This document shows, one piece after another, positions 52,967-64,000 of a stretch of DNA of 64,000 nucleotides (within the stretch, counting starts at the first letter, position 1; each line of letters begins with the position of its first letter). Below the pieces are notes generated by a model, which worked only from the letters and a program-made list of their open reading frames with translations, was not told where the DNA came from and did not search any database. Source of the stretch: Octopus vulgaris (Eukaryota); NCBI GenBank assembly GCA_951406725.2, contig OX597817.1, forward strand, positions 66,216,001 through 66,280,000, in the 5' to 3' direction. The position numbers and the translations under genes are program-made.

Positions 52967-53065
52967 CTCAAATGATATTTCATCAAAATAAAGGCGCTCA
53001 CACATGTCATAGTCTGTACTGACAGTTTCAGGATTGCAATTGACCATTATGGTCTTGTGGTTCAT
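52967..53065 (-). CDS. CAD: CAD exon: [33 protein letters not shown]
   Basis: ctacag / gtaac, 99 nt, phase 0-0. Confidence 0.97.
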
Positions 53066-53418
53066 CTGTAGAGAGAGAGAAAAGGGAAAGATTAGACAAA
53101 ATGCAAAGAATTTTGTTTTAGATAGGTGGAATACTTTTTGTTGGAGCAACAATTTTTCAGTTAGCTGTTCTTTCTATGGCTAAGATCTCAAGAAGTCAAA
53201 CAAAAGAAATGGGAAATAGATCAAGTAAAGTAGAAACTGAAGATATTAGACGTCTACAGCAGATGGGGTACTAAATGAAAGGTATGTAAAATTTGCGGAC
53301 AGAATTAGGCAATATTTTTCACTTTGTGTTCAATTAATCATCCACATATCAGAGATCACGATAAAAGCTAGGAAGACTAAGATAGGAACAGCATTGAAGA
53401 CTACCAAAGTATACATAT

Positions 53419-53590
53419 AGGCGCAAGAGTGGCTGTGTGGTAAGTAGCTTGCTAACGAACCACATGGTTGCGGGTTCAGTCCCACTGCGTGGCATCTTGG
53501 GCAAGTGTCTTCTGCTATAGCCCCGGGCCGACCAATGCCTTGTGAGTGGATTTGGTAGACGGAAACTGAAAGAAGCCTGTCGTAGATATG

Positions 53591-53624
<34 letters not shown>

Positions 53625-53826
53625 ATTGTGTGTCTGTGTTTGTCCCCTAGCATTGCATGACAACCGATGCTGGTGTGTTTATGTCCCCGTCACTTAACGG
53701 TTTGGCCAAAGAGACCGATAGAATAAGTATTGGGCTTACAAAGAATAAGTCCAGGGGTCAATTTGCTCGACTAAAAGGCGGTGCTCCAGCATGGCCGCAG
53801 TCAAATGACTGAAACAAGTAAAAGAG
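53419..53826 (+). mobile_element. tRNA-derived SINE (main family), full length
   Basis: A box tggctgtgtgg, B box ggttcagtccc, central microsatellite, 3' end gactgaaacaagtaaaagag. Confidence 0.9.
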
Positions 53827-54266
53827 TATATATTATACTTTTAAAATGAAAAAGTTTACATTGATTTCAAATTTTGGTACAAGGCCAGCAATTTCGAGCA
53901 AGATGAGTAAGTCGATTATATTGACCCCAACACTCCACTGGTACAACGATACCTCACTTTACAAGACAACAGGTTTACAAGTTTTATTCTTTGAGCACAA
54001 GGTTCAAATTTTGAATGACACACACACACATATGTGTATATATATATATGTGTGTCATCATCATCATCGTTTAGCGTCCGTTTTCCATGCTAGCATGGGT
54101 TATATATATACACACACACACACACATATATGTGTATATATATATGTATATATATACACACACACACATATATACATACATACACACATCTGTATATATA
54201 TATATTACGGAGATGTACTTGCATAGCAAGTGACTTGATCTGAGATCGTATGCTGGAACGAAAACA

Positions 54267-54443
54267 ATTGCAGCGTGGAAGGTGTTTATAAGCTATTTAA
54301 TGCAGCACGCAGTTTTGTCAGGGAACCTGTCGCGGTCTCAAAGCAACGAAAATATTTAGACAAATTAAATTTAAATGTTGAAGTGAATCTAACGGTTTTT
54401 GTGTGTTTCTTAAATGGCTTATAAACACCTTCCACGCTGCAAT
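54267..54443. repeat. 34-bp inverted repeat with 109-nt spacer (probably part of a Penelope-like or other repeat at 54205-54445)
   Basis: attgcagcgtggaaggtgtttataagctatttaa (54267-54300) against ttaaatggcttataaacaccttccacgctgcaat (54410-54443), 33/34 complementary. Confidence 0.9.
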
Positions 54444-54593
54444 GGTTTATATATACACACACATATTTATACACATGTATGTATGCACTTATATGTGTGT
54501 GTGTGTCTGTCCCCCACTACTATCATTTGTGAACTGATAGAATAAGAACTAACAGATCAGAGGGATAATCTTCCAACATTCTCTTGTACTCAC

Positions 54594-54840
54594 CGCTCTC
54601 AATTCACTGATACAGTTCACAGCACACCAATCGAATTCAACACTGCTTCCAATTCTATAAACTCCAGAACCAAGCACCATAATGTGACCGTCCACAAAAG
54701 GGAGATCATGTTCAATGCTGTTATATGTCAAATAGAGATAGTTGGTCTCAGCTGGCCATTCAGCTGCCACTGTATCAATCTGTTTCACCCATGGCTTTAC
54801 ACCAAATTGTTCCCTTGTGTGCCTGATCACAAGTTCAGTG
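54594..54840 (-). CDS. CAD: CAD exon: [36 protein letters not shown]...[15 protein letters not shown]
   Basis: ttgcag / gtgagt, 247 nt, phase 2-0. Confidence 0.97.
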
Positions 54841-55272
54841 CTGCAATTAACAAGAAAGTCAAAATTAAGTCAAAGATGATAAAATCATACATTGTTACTC
54901 TATTCAAAGTAACACATACACATAGTGTAGTACTCCCTATACCAGTAGTGAGTAACCTCCATCACTTGTACCCAAACCTGCTCTCACTGACTAATTTGTT
55001 AAGTAGAATGCTGCCAATAAAGTAGACATAAGAAAATATTTGTATCTAATACCAAGCATACACATATCTCTCTCAACTGTCCCCTTCAGCTGTAAACAGA
55101 TTGCATTTAGTAAAGCATTTTAACACATGTTAAGTATATTGATGACAAACCAGCTAAATTTTGATTTAAAGAAGTAACAACATTTGGTAGTGTTAGAAAC
55201 AATAAATCACTGCATGAAACATTTAACAAGGAGATAGAATACAAGTTTAAAGTTAATTTTAAATCAGCTTAC

Positions 55273-55355
55273 CTTGAAACACATTTGGCAATTTGCAGAT
55301 CACAGAATCCAAGTTGCTTTGCTTGCAGTAGTACTTGTTTGGGAAGATCACAGGG
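55273..55355 (-). CDS. CAD: CAD exon: PCDLPKQVLLQAKQLGFCDLQIAKCVS
   Basis: ttctag / gtaagc, 83 nt, phase 0-2; AKxLGFxDxQIA motif. Confidence 0.94.
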
Positions 55356-55963
55356 CTAGAAGACAAATTAGAGAAAGGAATGAAAAATAATTGTATTAGT
55401 ACTTTAGTTCCTTTTAGTCATTGTATCAAGGACCAGTTACATAAAGTAATTTTATAAATAAAATTGTGTATAAATACATATGCGTCTTCTCTTTCCACTG
55501 GATGAATTTCTGAATCTAACATATGGAGCTTCTCAAGAATCATTATCAAATAATCAATACTTCAGGGACAAATTTTCAGTTTTGGGCATTTGGCCATGAT
55601 TCAATGTGATTGTATAACCTGCTAAAAATAGCAGCTACCCTCTATCAAGTTACACTTTTTTAGATTTCAAACTGAGGCCAGAGAGGTAGCTGAATAGAAG
55701 CCAACAAAGGTATAAATTTCATCTTAAATATACTAATTTTAAAGCTATTATTATATCAGTTTTCTTACTTTGCACATCTATATATATATATCATTAATAT
55801 ATGAACAATTTATGCTGCTGGTTTTGGTTTCCAATGGACCAATCACCACATTGTTGTGAACAAGTATCTTGGGACATTACAGTTCCATGATCATTACACC
55901 ATGTTTAAATAATAAAATTTTAAAAATACATAACTTGTACTAATATATGTTTCTTGTACTTAC

Positions 55964-56131
55964 CCTTGTTTGGAATTGTTCCAGCAAAGTATATTGGTCA
56001 ACAATGACCTTAAACCGATTTAAAAACCACCGATCAATTTTAGTTAGCTGGTAAAGTTTTTCAATGGAATAGCCTTTCTTAAGAGCTGAGGCAACGACAT
56101 AGATCCTTTTATCAGTTGGGTTCTGCAGCTC
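55964..56131 (-). CDS. CAD: CAD exon: [37 protein letters not shown]...FQTR
   Basis: Not in ORF track; translated by hand. ctccag / gtaagt, 168 nt, phase 0-0; TKIDRWFL oligomerisation-domain motif. Confidence 0.95.
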
Positions 56132-57048
56132 CTGGAGAATATATTGGAAAAGACGATTTAATTACCATTCACAAAATGTTGATAATAAAACATTACAGCA
56201 TAATTGGATCATTTCTATTTCAATTATACCCAAATGATTTGACAATACTGAAAGAGGAGAGTCATTTAAATTGAAGCACATAGAGTTAATGTTACTTGGC
56301 ATTATTTGGCATGTTCATAAGCTTCTTTGGCTGCTCAGTTGGCTTTTTAGTACTTAACACACACACATATACATATAAAGCAGCAATTAGCTGAAACAAA
56401 ATGCATTAGAGTATTAAGTTTTGTCTTTCTATACCAGAATTGAATTTATGTCTTGATAAACTTTAGACAAGTGTAAAATTTGGGGGAAGGGAGAAATCAG
56501 GAAAAGAAGGGCAACACTGACTTTTTTTGGGGTCACCTGGGACTGCTTGGAAGTTATCTTCACACTTGTTATCTTGAATGTAATGGAGCAGACTTGGCTG
56601 AAATCATTTAGTGTTTAGACCAAACTCCTCCTACTATTCTAGCTGCTCAAAACAGTGGCTTTATAAAGCAGATAACAAATTAAGTCTACAACTAAAAAAT
56701 AGGACTGGTCTTCCTGCGGGCTTCACCCCAGCTTCCATTTACTATATTTCATTCACAGGGTTTAGGGCTACTCATGATAGCAGTAAGATTGAAATGAAAG
56801 CAAGGAGCCACTGATTTGTGCTGATTAAAACCACCAGAAATTTTTCTATACGAATTTAGTCTGGTGCTTCTTAGTAATGAAACAAATTTTTATCACATTT
56901 AAACACATTTTGTATCAATGTCCTTCAATGTCTTTTATAAGCATATGCCCTGCAATCATACATTAGTCTTGCATTTGTCTAAGTTTAGAGAAATTTCTTC
57001 AGTCAAGTGATATAATTCAAAAAGTAAATCATAATATTTAAAAGTTAC

Positions 57049-57186
57049 CTCTTCTGAGGGTTCTTTGTGATAAGGATCAAAACCATTCACACCTTCATCA
57101 ACCATCCTCAAAGCTTTCTGCAAAGCTTCTTCAAACTTTCTTCCAATGGCCATAGCTTCTCCAACACTCTTCATAGAACTGCCAAT
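57049..57186 (-). CDS. CAD: CAD exon: [28 protein letters not shown]...EPSEE
   Basis: ttccag / gtaac, 138 nt, phase 0-0. Confidence 0.96.
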
Positions 57187-57266
57187 CTGGAAACAATAAA
57201 AGCTTATAATAATATCAAGTCTGGATACATTCTATGTGCATTTTCCACCCTTCTTTTCCTTTACAC

Positions 57267-57644
57267 AAATGAATCTCTACTGGGGTCAATATAAGATTCT
57301 GGGGAGTCCAAGCAAGCAAAATAGTAAATGGGGTATCTATGGTAGTATTTTGGGGGGAGGGTCTATAAAAAACTTAGCTTTAGATGTATTTATTGCAAGA
57401 AACAACTAAGCTTATTTCTCTCACATTTTACATAGTTCAACATGTTTTCAACCACTGAAAAATGTTCTCTCAGTGAGTTCTATAGAAAACCTATACATAT
57501 GAATGGGTGAAAAACAAAATAAGAATGTTGAAAGAAATATCTATAAAACTGGTTTTTAATCATTGAAAGTCTATGAGGGTCCACCAGAGTAAAATGGTAA
57601 TCAAAGTGGACCATAGGCAAAAACAAATGGTTGAGAAACCCCTG
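57267..57644. mobile_element. Old hAT-type MITE
   Basis: Right TIR ggttgagaaacccctg; 8-bp direct repeat ctttacac on both sides; left TIR degenerate. Confidence 0.6.
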
Positions 57645-58209
57645 CTTTACACAATCAGATATCATAACTACCCAATATCAGAGAGATTGCATTACTATGT
57701 AACTGCAAGAAACTTATTCCAATTACATTTTCTGTTTCCTGAGAGGCTCACCCAGTTTACATTCACATAACTTGTGAAAAAGAAATTCAAAACATGAAAC
57801 TATTCTGCTTGGGAATACTGAAACTAGTAATGGTTTCTGTAGTTTTAAATCAATTACTGATTATAATACAGCAAGCACTTAAGGTATCAATAAAGGAAAC
57901 TAGTTAAAATTAAGAAACATAATTCATTAATTAGAAACAATGACTTGTGATGTTTTGGGTTACTGAGTTAAAAGTTCTACTACAGCCACTATTTTATGTT
58001 ATTAGAGAAAGGAACACAAACGATTGCTGAACCCAATAAGATATTGCCACTAGTTAGTATTAAGTCAATAAAAATATATCTAATAAGAAAGATATCAATA
58101 ACATGTAAAAGCAAATATTAAAAGATATAAATCAAATTTTGAAATTATATATCATCTTAAACTACATAATACACCGAGATTGCTTAACATAAAAAAGTTC
58201 TCTTCTTAC

Positions 58210-58443
58210 CTTTGTTGACACACGTGAAAATTTACTAAGATCCCATCTGGGTATTTTCACCACACAGTAATCTAAACTGGGTTCAAAGCAGGCAGTTGTT
58301 GAGTTGGTGACTGAATTTCTTAATTCTGGAAGAGGTTTACCGAGGGCAAGTTTGGCTGCTACATAGGCCAGAGGATAGCCAGTAGCCTTGCTAGCAAGAG
58401 CTGAGCTCCGTGACAGACGGGCATTCACTTCTATGATGTAGAA
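58210..58443 (-). CDS. CAD: CAD exon: [24 protein letters not shown]...FSRVSTK
   Basis: tttatag / gtaaga, 234 nt, phase 0-0. Confidence 0.97.
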
Positions 58444-59059
58444 CTATAAAGATAATACAACAATAATGGTAACTTCATTATTGGTCAATAAAACAGTAAT
58501 GATGCAAAACAAGCAAAAGAAAAAAATAAAAGAAAATAACTTCAGAGAACTGTATATTGTGTTTTACTATCTCTGCTGAATAATAAAAAATTTATTTTTA
58601 ACCGACAGAAAGTCTCTAATTTGAGGAAGTGCATAGTCAAATCATGACTAGTATTTATTTTATCAGCTTTTGAAATGACAAAATCTTGACCCTTGCAGAA
58701 TGTGAACTTAATAGGTGTCCAGTCATGCTCTCTCATATCTGCTATACACCATACATCCTTGCACCTCTTTAATCCCTTTTCTATCCAAAATCCCCAACAT
58801 ATGTAACATGACAACCCAAGCTACTCCTATCTTCAGTTATTACAGCCACCTCTATCCCATCTAATCAACACCCGTTACATTCTTATGAAATCTTCCTCTG
58901 TCCCCCACTCAGTCCAATCCTTTGTATCTTCTCTCTTTTTCTCTAACTGGGATATCCTTGTAGCTCTTCTAGAACAAAACACCTCTATCCATCTATTATT
59001 CTAACTTCTCATCAACTGGCATGAAGCCACCTCCCTCAATAATACTCCCACTGTCGAGG

Positions 59060-59222
59060 AAACTTTATCTTGTCTTGCAAGTTACTTAGTGACCCTGCTG
59101 GTGCCACAAAAAAGCATCCAGTAAAGTGGTTGGCATTAGGAAGGGCATCCAGCAATAGAAACCATGCCAAAACAGACAACAGAACTTGGAATAGTCCTGT
59201 TCCAAGCTATCCAACCCATGCT
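59060..59222 (+). mobile_element. Degenerate RTE LINE 3' fragment
   Basis: gtggttggcattaggaagggcatccagc...ccaacccatgc shared with the other copies. Confidence 0.65.
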
Positions 59223-60838
59223 GTTTGTTTTAAACTAATTTAAAACAAGTCCTCTTAATGGTTGAAAAGATTTCAGCCGAAATCATTCTATACTTTAGCC
59301 AGTATTGTTCTAAAAAGTATTTCAGAATGCTTCTACAAACTTCCACAGGAAGTTATAAAAGCCTGGATTTTTTCTCGATTTCATCTAGTGGATAGCTTGT
59401 CTTCTGGAAGACATGTCACACACTCTCACATTTTGTTGTATTCAAACATTCTTGCTATGTTGATACAAGACGTTTGCTTTCCTCCAGAATGACCTTAAGT
59501 CATACATCTAATTTTTCTTTAGATTAGTTAAAAAGAACTAGATAAGAGATTCAATTCTTGTCATCTCTATATGACTGATGACTTTTAGATCAACAAGAAT
59601 TAGATTTGATTGCCGACTATGCTCGTGTTTCTTATGCATTTCTTTATTGACATGACGAAGGGAGATTACTCTCAGTTGTTTATATGTCTTGAATTTAATA
59701 AAATAAACGAGAATCAAATGGAAATATTTTGGAATTGATGTTTTAACATTTCTCCACAAATGTATTCTGACGATGCTTGACATTTTACCAACAGCAAGTA
59801 TGAAAGAATTTATTTTTGAAGGAAAGGCAAATTCATGCCTCTCATAACACACTGTGTCGATTAGAATATATTATCCCCCACAGAATAAGTTGAAGACAAC
59901 CAAATAGAAAACATAGAACAGAAAGCAACAAAACCAGCATGGAGAACAAATCTTAAATGATGATCTACTAACTAAACCATCTAAGATGTCAATAAATTAT
60001 CTACAAGAAAAAAAAAAAAGAAAAAAAAACAGAAATGAATGACAAGCACATTACAGAATGTAAATCACTGAGCAATGAGAATATGGATCAGTGACTAATA
60101 TATGACCCCCTGCCTGGTAGGGCAAAAATTAAATAACAAAAATCTTAACTAGGGAACATTCTGGACACATGCATAACACTTTTTCAAAAACAGGCCATCC
60201 ACTTGATATGCAAGACATCATTCAACAACTCACAACTTCTGGATCAATGTCGAGTGAAGTCTTCATATTTGACTACTTTCTATTACTAACTGCTGTAGTG
60301 CTGTCTATCAGTGTGCGTATGTGATGTTGTTTAAACCTTAGGCCAGCTATAATTGAACAAACATTTGATCCAAAGCATTCTAGCCCTTGACCAACCTTTT
60401 CACTTTTTTTTTTAAGGAGTATCTAGCTCTACATTATCCAGTGTATCCTTTTCGTTTAAGACAGCAAAAATCAAATATATCCACTCAAAATTTCCATTAC
60501 TTTTAACTACAGAAAGCAGTTTTATAAAGGAATGTTATATTTGAAGCAATTTTTTTTATAGAGATATAAAGTTTAGTGAGGTAATGTGATTTGCAAAAAA
60601 TACCAATAACATTTGTTAATAAATATTTACCATCATTATTAGAATAAGTATGAAATTTAATTCACAGTTAAAAGGTCAACAGTGACCCAATAGTTGTAAT
60701 TTCTAGAGTAGTATCTTTCTCATCAAGTGGATCACTTACCCTGCTCTATCTCTCACCCACCACCCACCCACTCTCAGCCAGCCATCAGGAATAGGGGACA
60801 GATAGATTGATAAAACAATTTAAATAAAGCAGACCTAC

Positions 60839-61027
60839 CTCATGAGATTCTGGATTCACAGCATACTGGATGTTACATTCTCCCACAATTTCAAGATGAC
60901 GTACAACCTTGATAGCTGTTGTCCGAAGCATATTATATTCCTTGTTGGTCAATGTTTGACTTGGAGCTACCACTATTGATTCCCCTGTATGAATTCCAAG
61001 AGGATCAACATTTTCCATGTTGCAGAC
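60839..61027 (-). CDS. CAD: CAD exon (CPS A, ATP-grasp): [19 protein letters not shown]...VNPESHE
   Basis: ttccag acceptor, gtagg donor, 189 nt, phase 0-0. Confidence 0.96.
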
Positions 61028-61954
61028 CTGGAAAGTATTTAAAGAAGGGCAAAAAATGTAAATAATATCAGTAAAAAGAAATAGAATATAATAGTACCAT
61101 TGTAGAGGTTACCTGTTTATAAACTTCTTGTTTATTAAACACTGTCAACCATGGGAGAACCTTTATATAGTCAAATTACATACCCAGGTGCAGGTATTAT
61201 TCCACTCTAGTTGTTACTATCACCATGGGAAAAATAACGAACCAGTGATCAACCCTATTTTTTCTCAGTAGCTAGATATCTATTGCTCTCAATGTGTTTA
61301 ACGAGAGAAACGGAGAGCAAGACTGATGCTGTTAATGATAACAGTTTAAAAAACCATTTTCCAATGTTCAACTTTTCTGTGGGCCAAATTTCAGCTACAT
61401 AGAATCTGAAAATGTTTAATCCAGCTCTTTTTACGTATTGTATGTATTTCTAGTGGCATCAATAAAGAAATTATAAGTTGCATTGGTTATAGCTGATAGA
61501 TTAAAAAAATTTTTTTTTCAAGAAATGACAATGGGTTTAGTATTAAAATAAACACATGATGATGAACAGATTGTCTTGTTAAAGTATTTCTCTTTAAAAG
61601 ACTTATAGTCTTAGAGTCAATCATTGTACTTTCTACTGACTTTTCAATGTCAGCAACTTGGACAGCAGATAATTTTGCCAAATGCATTGATTCCAGTAAC
61701 CACGAAAGAGGAATAGTTGAACCTCTTTCTGTAACCAACCCATACTGTCGCCAGCTTTTCTATTTTTTCTCTACTTCCAACAATACAGCTCTATTAAAAG
61801 TTTTTGACGCATCTCTGTACTCCCTTCTTCCCTCTTTAATCATTAGTTAATATTTTGGTCAGTTTAAAGTGGTGAACTGGCAGAATCTTTAGCACGCCAG
61901 GCAAAATACTTAGAAGGCTTTCGTTTGTCTTTACATTCTGTATGTTTAAGACTT

Positions 61955-62600
61955 ATATAATACAGATAGAGTAGTGTTTGTATGTGGCAGATGTGCAGGA
62001 ACAATAAGCACTGAGAGCGCACAGGAATTAGATGCTCTCAAATGCCCAGGAGAGTCTCTTGAGACTGTAGATAGTTTCTGTTACCTAGGTGACCAAATTA
62101 GCAATGGTGGAGGATGCTCTGAAAGTATTGTTTCTAGAATAAGAATTGGGTGGAGGATGTTCAGAGAGCTATTACTTCTGTTGGCAACAAAAGGCCTCTC
62201 TAAGGTAGACTGTATGATGCTTGTGTATGAACAGCCATTCTCCATGGTAGTGAGATGTGCTGTGAACGCTGAAAACATGTAGATTGAAGAAAAACGAAGG
62301 TGGTATACTCCGTTGGATGTGCAACATCAGTGCACATGTAGTATGGAAGAGAGAAGACTACGTTGATTTGGACATGTGAGGGATATGAATGAGGACAGCT
62401 GCATAAAGAAGTGCTGATCACTGAAAGTGGTTGGTAAACGTGGATGAGGGAGATCCAGGAAGACATGGGATGAAGTGGTAAGAACTGGTCTCAGGAAGTT
62501 GGACCGTATAGAGGAAAATGACCATGGACCGAGATGTCTGGCGATATGAAGTTCTTGAGAAAACCTGCCCACATCAGCGAAACTGAGCTCTAGAAGCACT
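61955..62600 (+). mobile_element. Decayed RTE LINE ORF2 fragment (degraded 3' UTR may extend to about 63450)
   Basis: FVCGRC, VDSFCYLGDQISNGGGCSESIVSRIRIGW..FRELL, FGHV, RKTWDEVV remnants with stops and frameshifts. Confidence 0.85.
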
Positions 62601-63585
62601 GTGTGTTCCACCCACACTCAACAAGTCTACATCCCTTCACTTCCTCACACTTCTGCTTCATGTACTATGATTCCCTCCCACTCCCCAATCTTCTCTTGGT
62701 CCAGTGCGACTATATCTTTGCTTGCTCCCGACCTGTGTGTTCTACCCACATGCCTTGTCTCAATCTATTATTGCCATCTGCTAGCCCCAACCAGGGTGTT
62801 CCACCCACACGTAACAAGAAATCTTTTCCCTCACCCTACCCCAACAACCCAATCTACATCTCTTCTCTTTCTTGCATTTCCATCTTCATTCACTATGCCT
62901 AGCTCTCACTCCCCAATCCTGTCCCTCTGTATCATTGCTACCCGATAACCCCACCAACTTTATATACACCCAGGTCTTTCGCTACTTACTCACACTCCCT
63001 CCACAATATCCTGTTACTTATATTATGGCATTTGAACCTCAAAGGTATGCACTGGCACTTGCCACTATCTATATCTCTCTCTTCCTTTACTCAACTACCC
63101 TATTTACACTCTGATCCCCGTTCCCTGTGAGTATGCCCAGCATTTTGCCACCATCTCCAACTTGTGATCTCTCACTCTCCCTCTCTCTCTCTCCTGCACT
63201 TCCCTCAGGTTGGGCAACTGTGTATTTTCTTTACGGTAGCATACCTGTTTCTGTCTCCATTCCTGATCTTTCTCTCTCTGACTAGGTAATCTTGTACTAC
63301 AAGACACCTGTATGTTTCACTATAACCTGTTCATCATCACCTTCCCTCTTAAAAGTTTTGTTTTATCTTGCAAATACTTGGTGACCCTGCCAGTGTAGGT
63401 GCCACTTAAAAGGACCCAGTCTACACTGTAAAGGGAATTTGGCCATAGAAAATGTGTCAGTAGACTCAAGGTATGTGTGCGCGCACACACAGACTCACAA
63501 GCATACATTGGATGGAGACTTCAAAGTATCATTTTATTGTTGAATGCTCTTCCTGTCACAAACTCCTAGCTATTTTTCATGTATT

Positions 63586-63929
63586 CTCTTTTACTTGTTT
63601 CAGTCATTTGACTGCAGCCATGCTGGAGCACTGCCTTTAGTCAAACAAATTGACCCCAGGACTTATTCTTTGTAAGCCTAGTACTTATTCTATTGGTAGT
63701 CAAGTGATGCTGGTGTGAAGGGACAAATAGACGCGCACGCACACACACATTGATATACATATATATGACGGGCTTCTTTTGGGTTCCACCAACCAAATCC
63801 ACTCATAAGGTTTTGGTCAGCCCAAGGCTATAGTAGAAGACACTTGCCCAAGGTGCCACGCAGTGGGACTGAACCAGGAACCATGTGGTTCGTAAGTAAG
63901 CTACTTACCACACAGCCACTCCTGTGCCT
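63586..63929 (-). mobile_element. tRNA-derived SINE (main family), small internal deletion
   Basis: Homologous to 43686-44068. Confidence 0.88.
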
Positions 63930-64000
63930 TAAGTAATTTTTTTTTTATCCTACTTGTCCTTGAAAGTGTAGAGCAGTAAATATGGAATGTGAACATCACC

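Larger units (their letters stand above)
8382..61027 (-). other. CAD: CAD gene span within window (5' part missing; 30 core coding exons, about 1628 aa: CPS - DHOase - linker - ATCase)
   Basis: Exons join with compatible phases and GT-AG boundaries into one frame ending in TAA at 8382-8384. Motifs include CPS ([47 protein letters not shown]), DHOase ([25 protein letters not shown]) and ATCase (STRT, HPTQ, RIQKER, HPLPR). Confidence 0.98.

Noticed and set aside
53419-53490. tRNA-like A and B boxes
   Set aside because: SINE head without a complete cloverleaf; not a tRNA gene.
54305-54355. Possible hammerhead ribozyme in the Penelope-like spacer
   Set aside because: No intact CUGANGA...GAAA core on either strand.
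61028-64000. Expected next upstream CAD exon (YEVVRD...NC motif)
   Set aside because: Not found; presumably beyond the window edge.

Overview
AT-rich, repeat-dense animal genomic DNA. The SINE/LINE families resemble those of octopod cephalopods, but the taxon is an inference. The window is dominated by one minus-strand gene, CAD (carbamoyl-phosphate synthetase 2 / dihydroorotase / aspartate transcarbamylase). I traced 30 phase-consistent GT-AG coding exons from 61027 to the TAA stop at 8382 (4887 nt, about 1628 aa). They cover most of the CPS domain, the whole DHOase, the DHO-ATC linker and the whole ATCase; the GATase and early CPS exons lie beyond the right edge. Introns carry tRNA-derived SINEs, RTE-type LINE fragments, decayed mariner and maT transposons, hAT and Tc1/mariner MITEs, a Helitron-like element and microsatellites. 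The most notable observation is the ~17.8 kb DHO-ATC linker intron, about six times longer than any other intron here. It holds several small frame-preserving phase 1-1 candidate exons (33, 36, 18 and 24/30 nt, plus weaker 24 and 66 nt ones). All end in G, so they could be combined in any subset to change the regulatory linker. Other leads: a 34-bp intronic hairpin with an A-C mismatch in a UAG (ADAR-optimal) context, inverted repeat pairs flanking in-frame exon blocks, a natural Phe-to-Tyr change in the DHOase catalytic loop, and a weakened PKA site. Bases 1-7500 hold no gene I can support.
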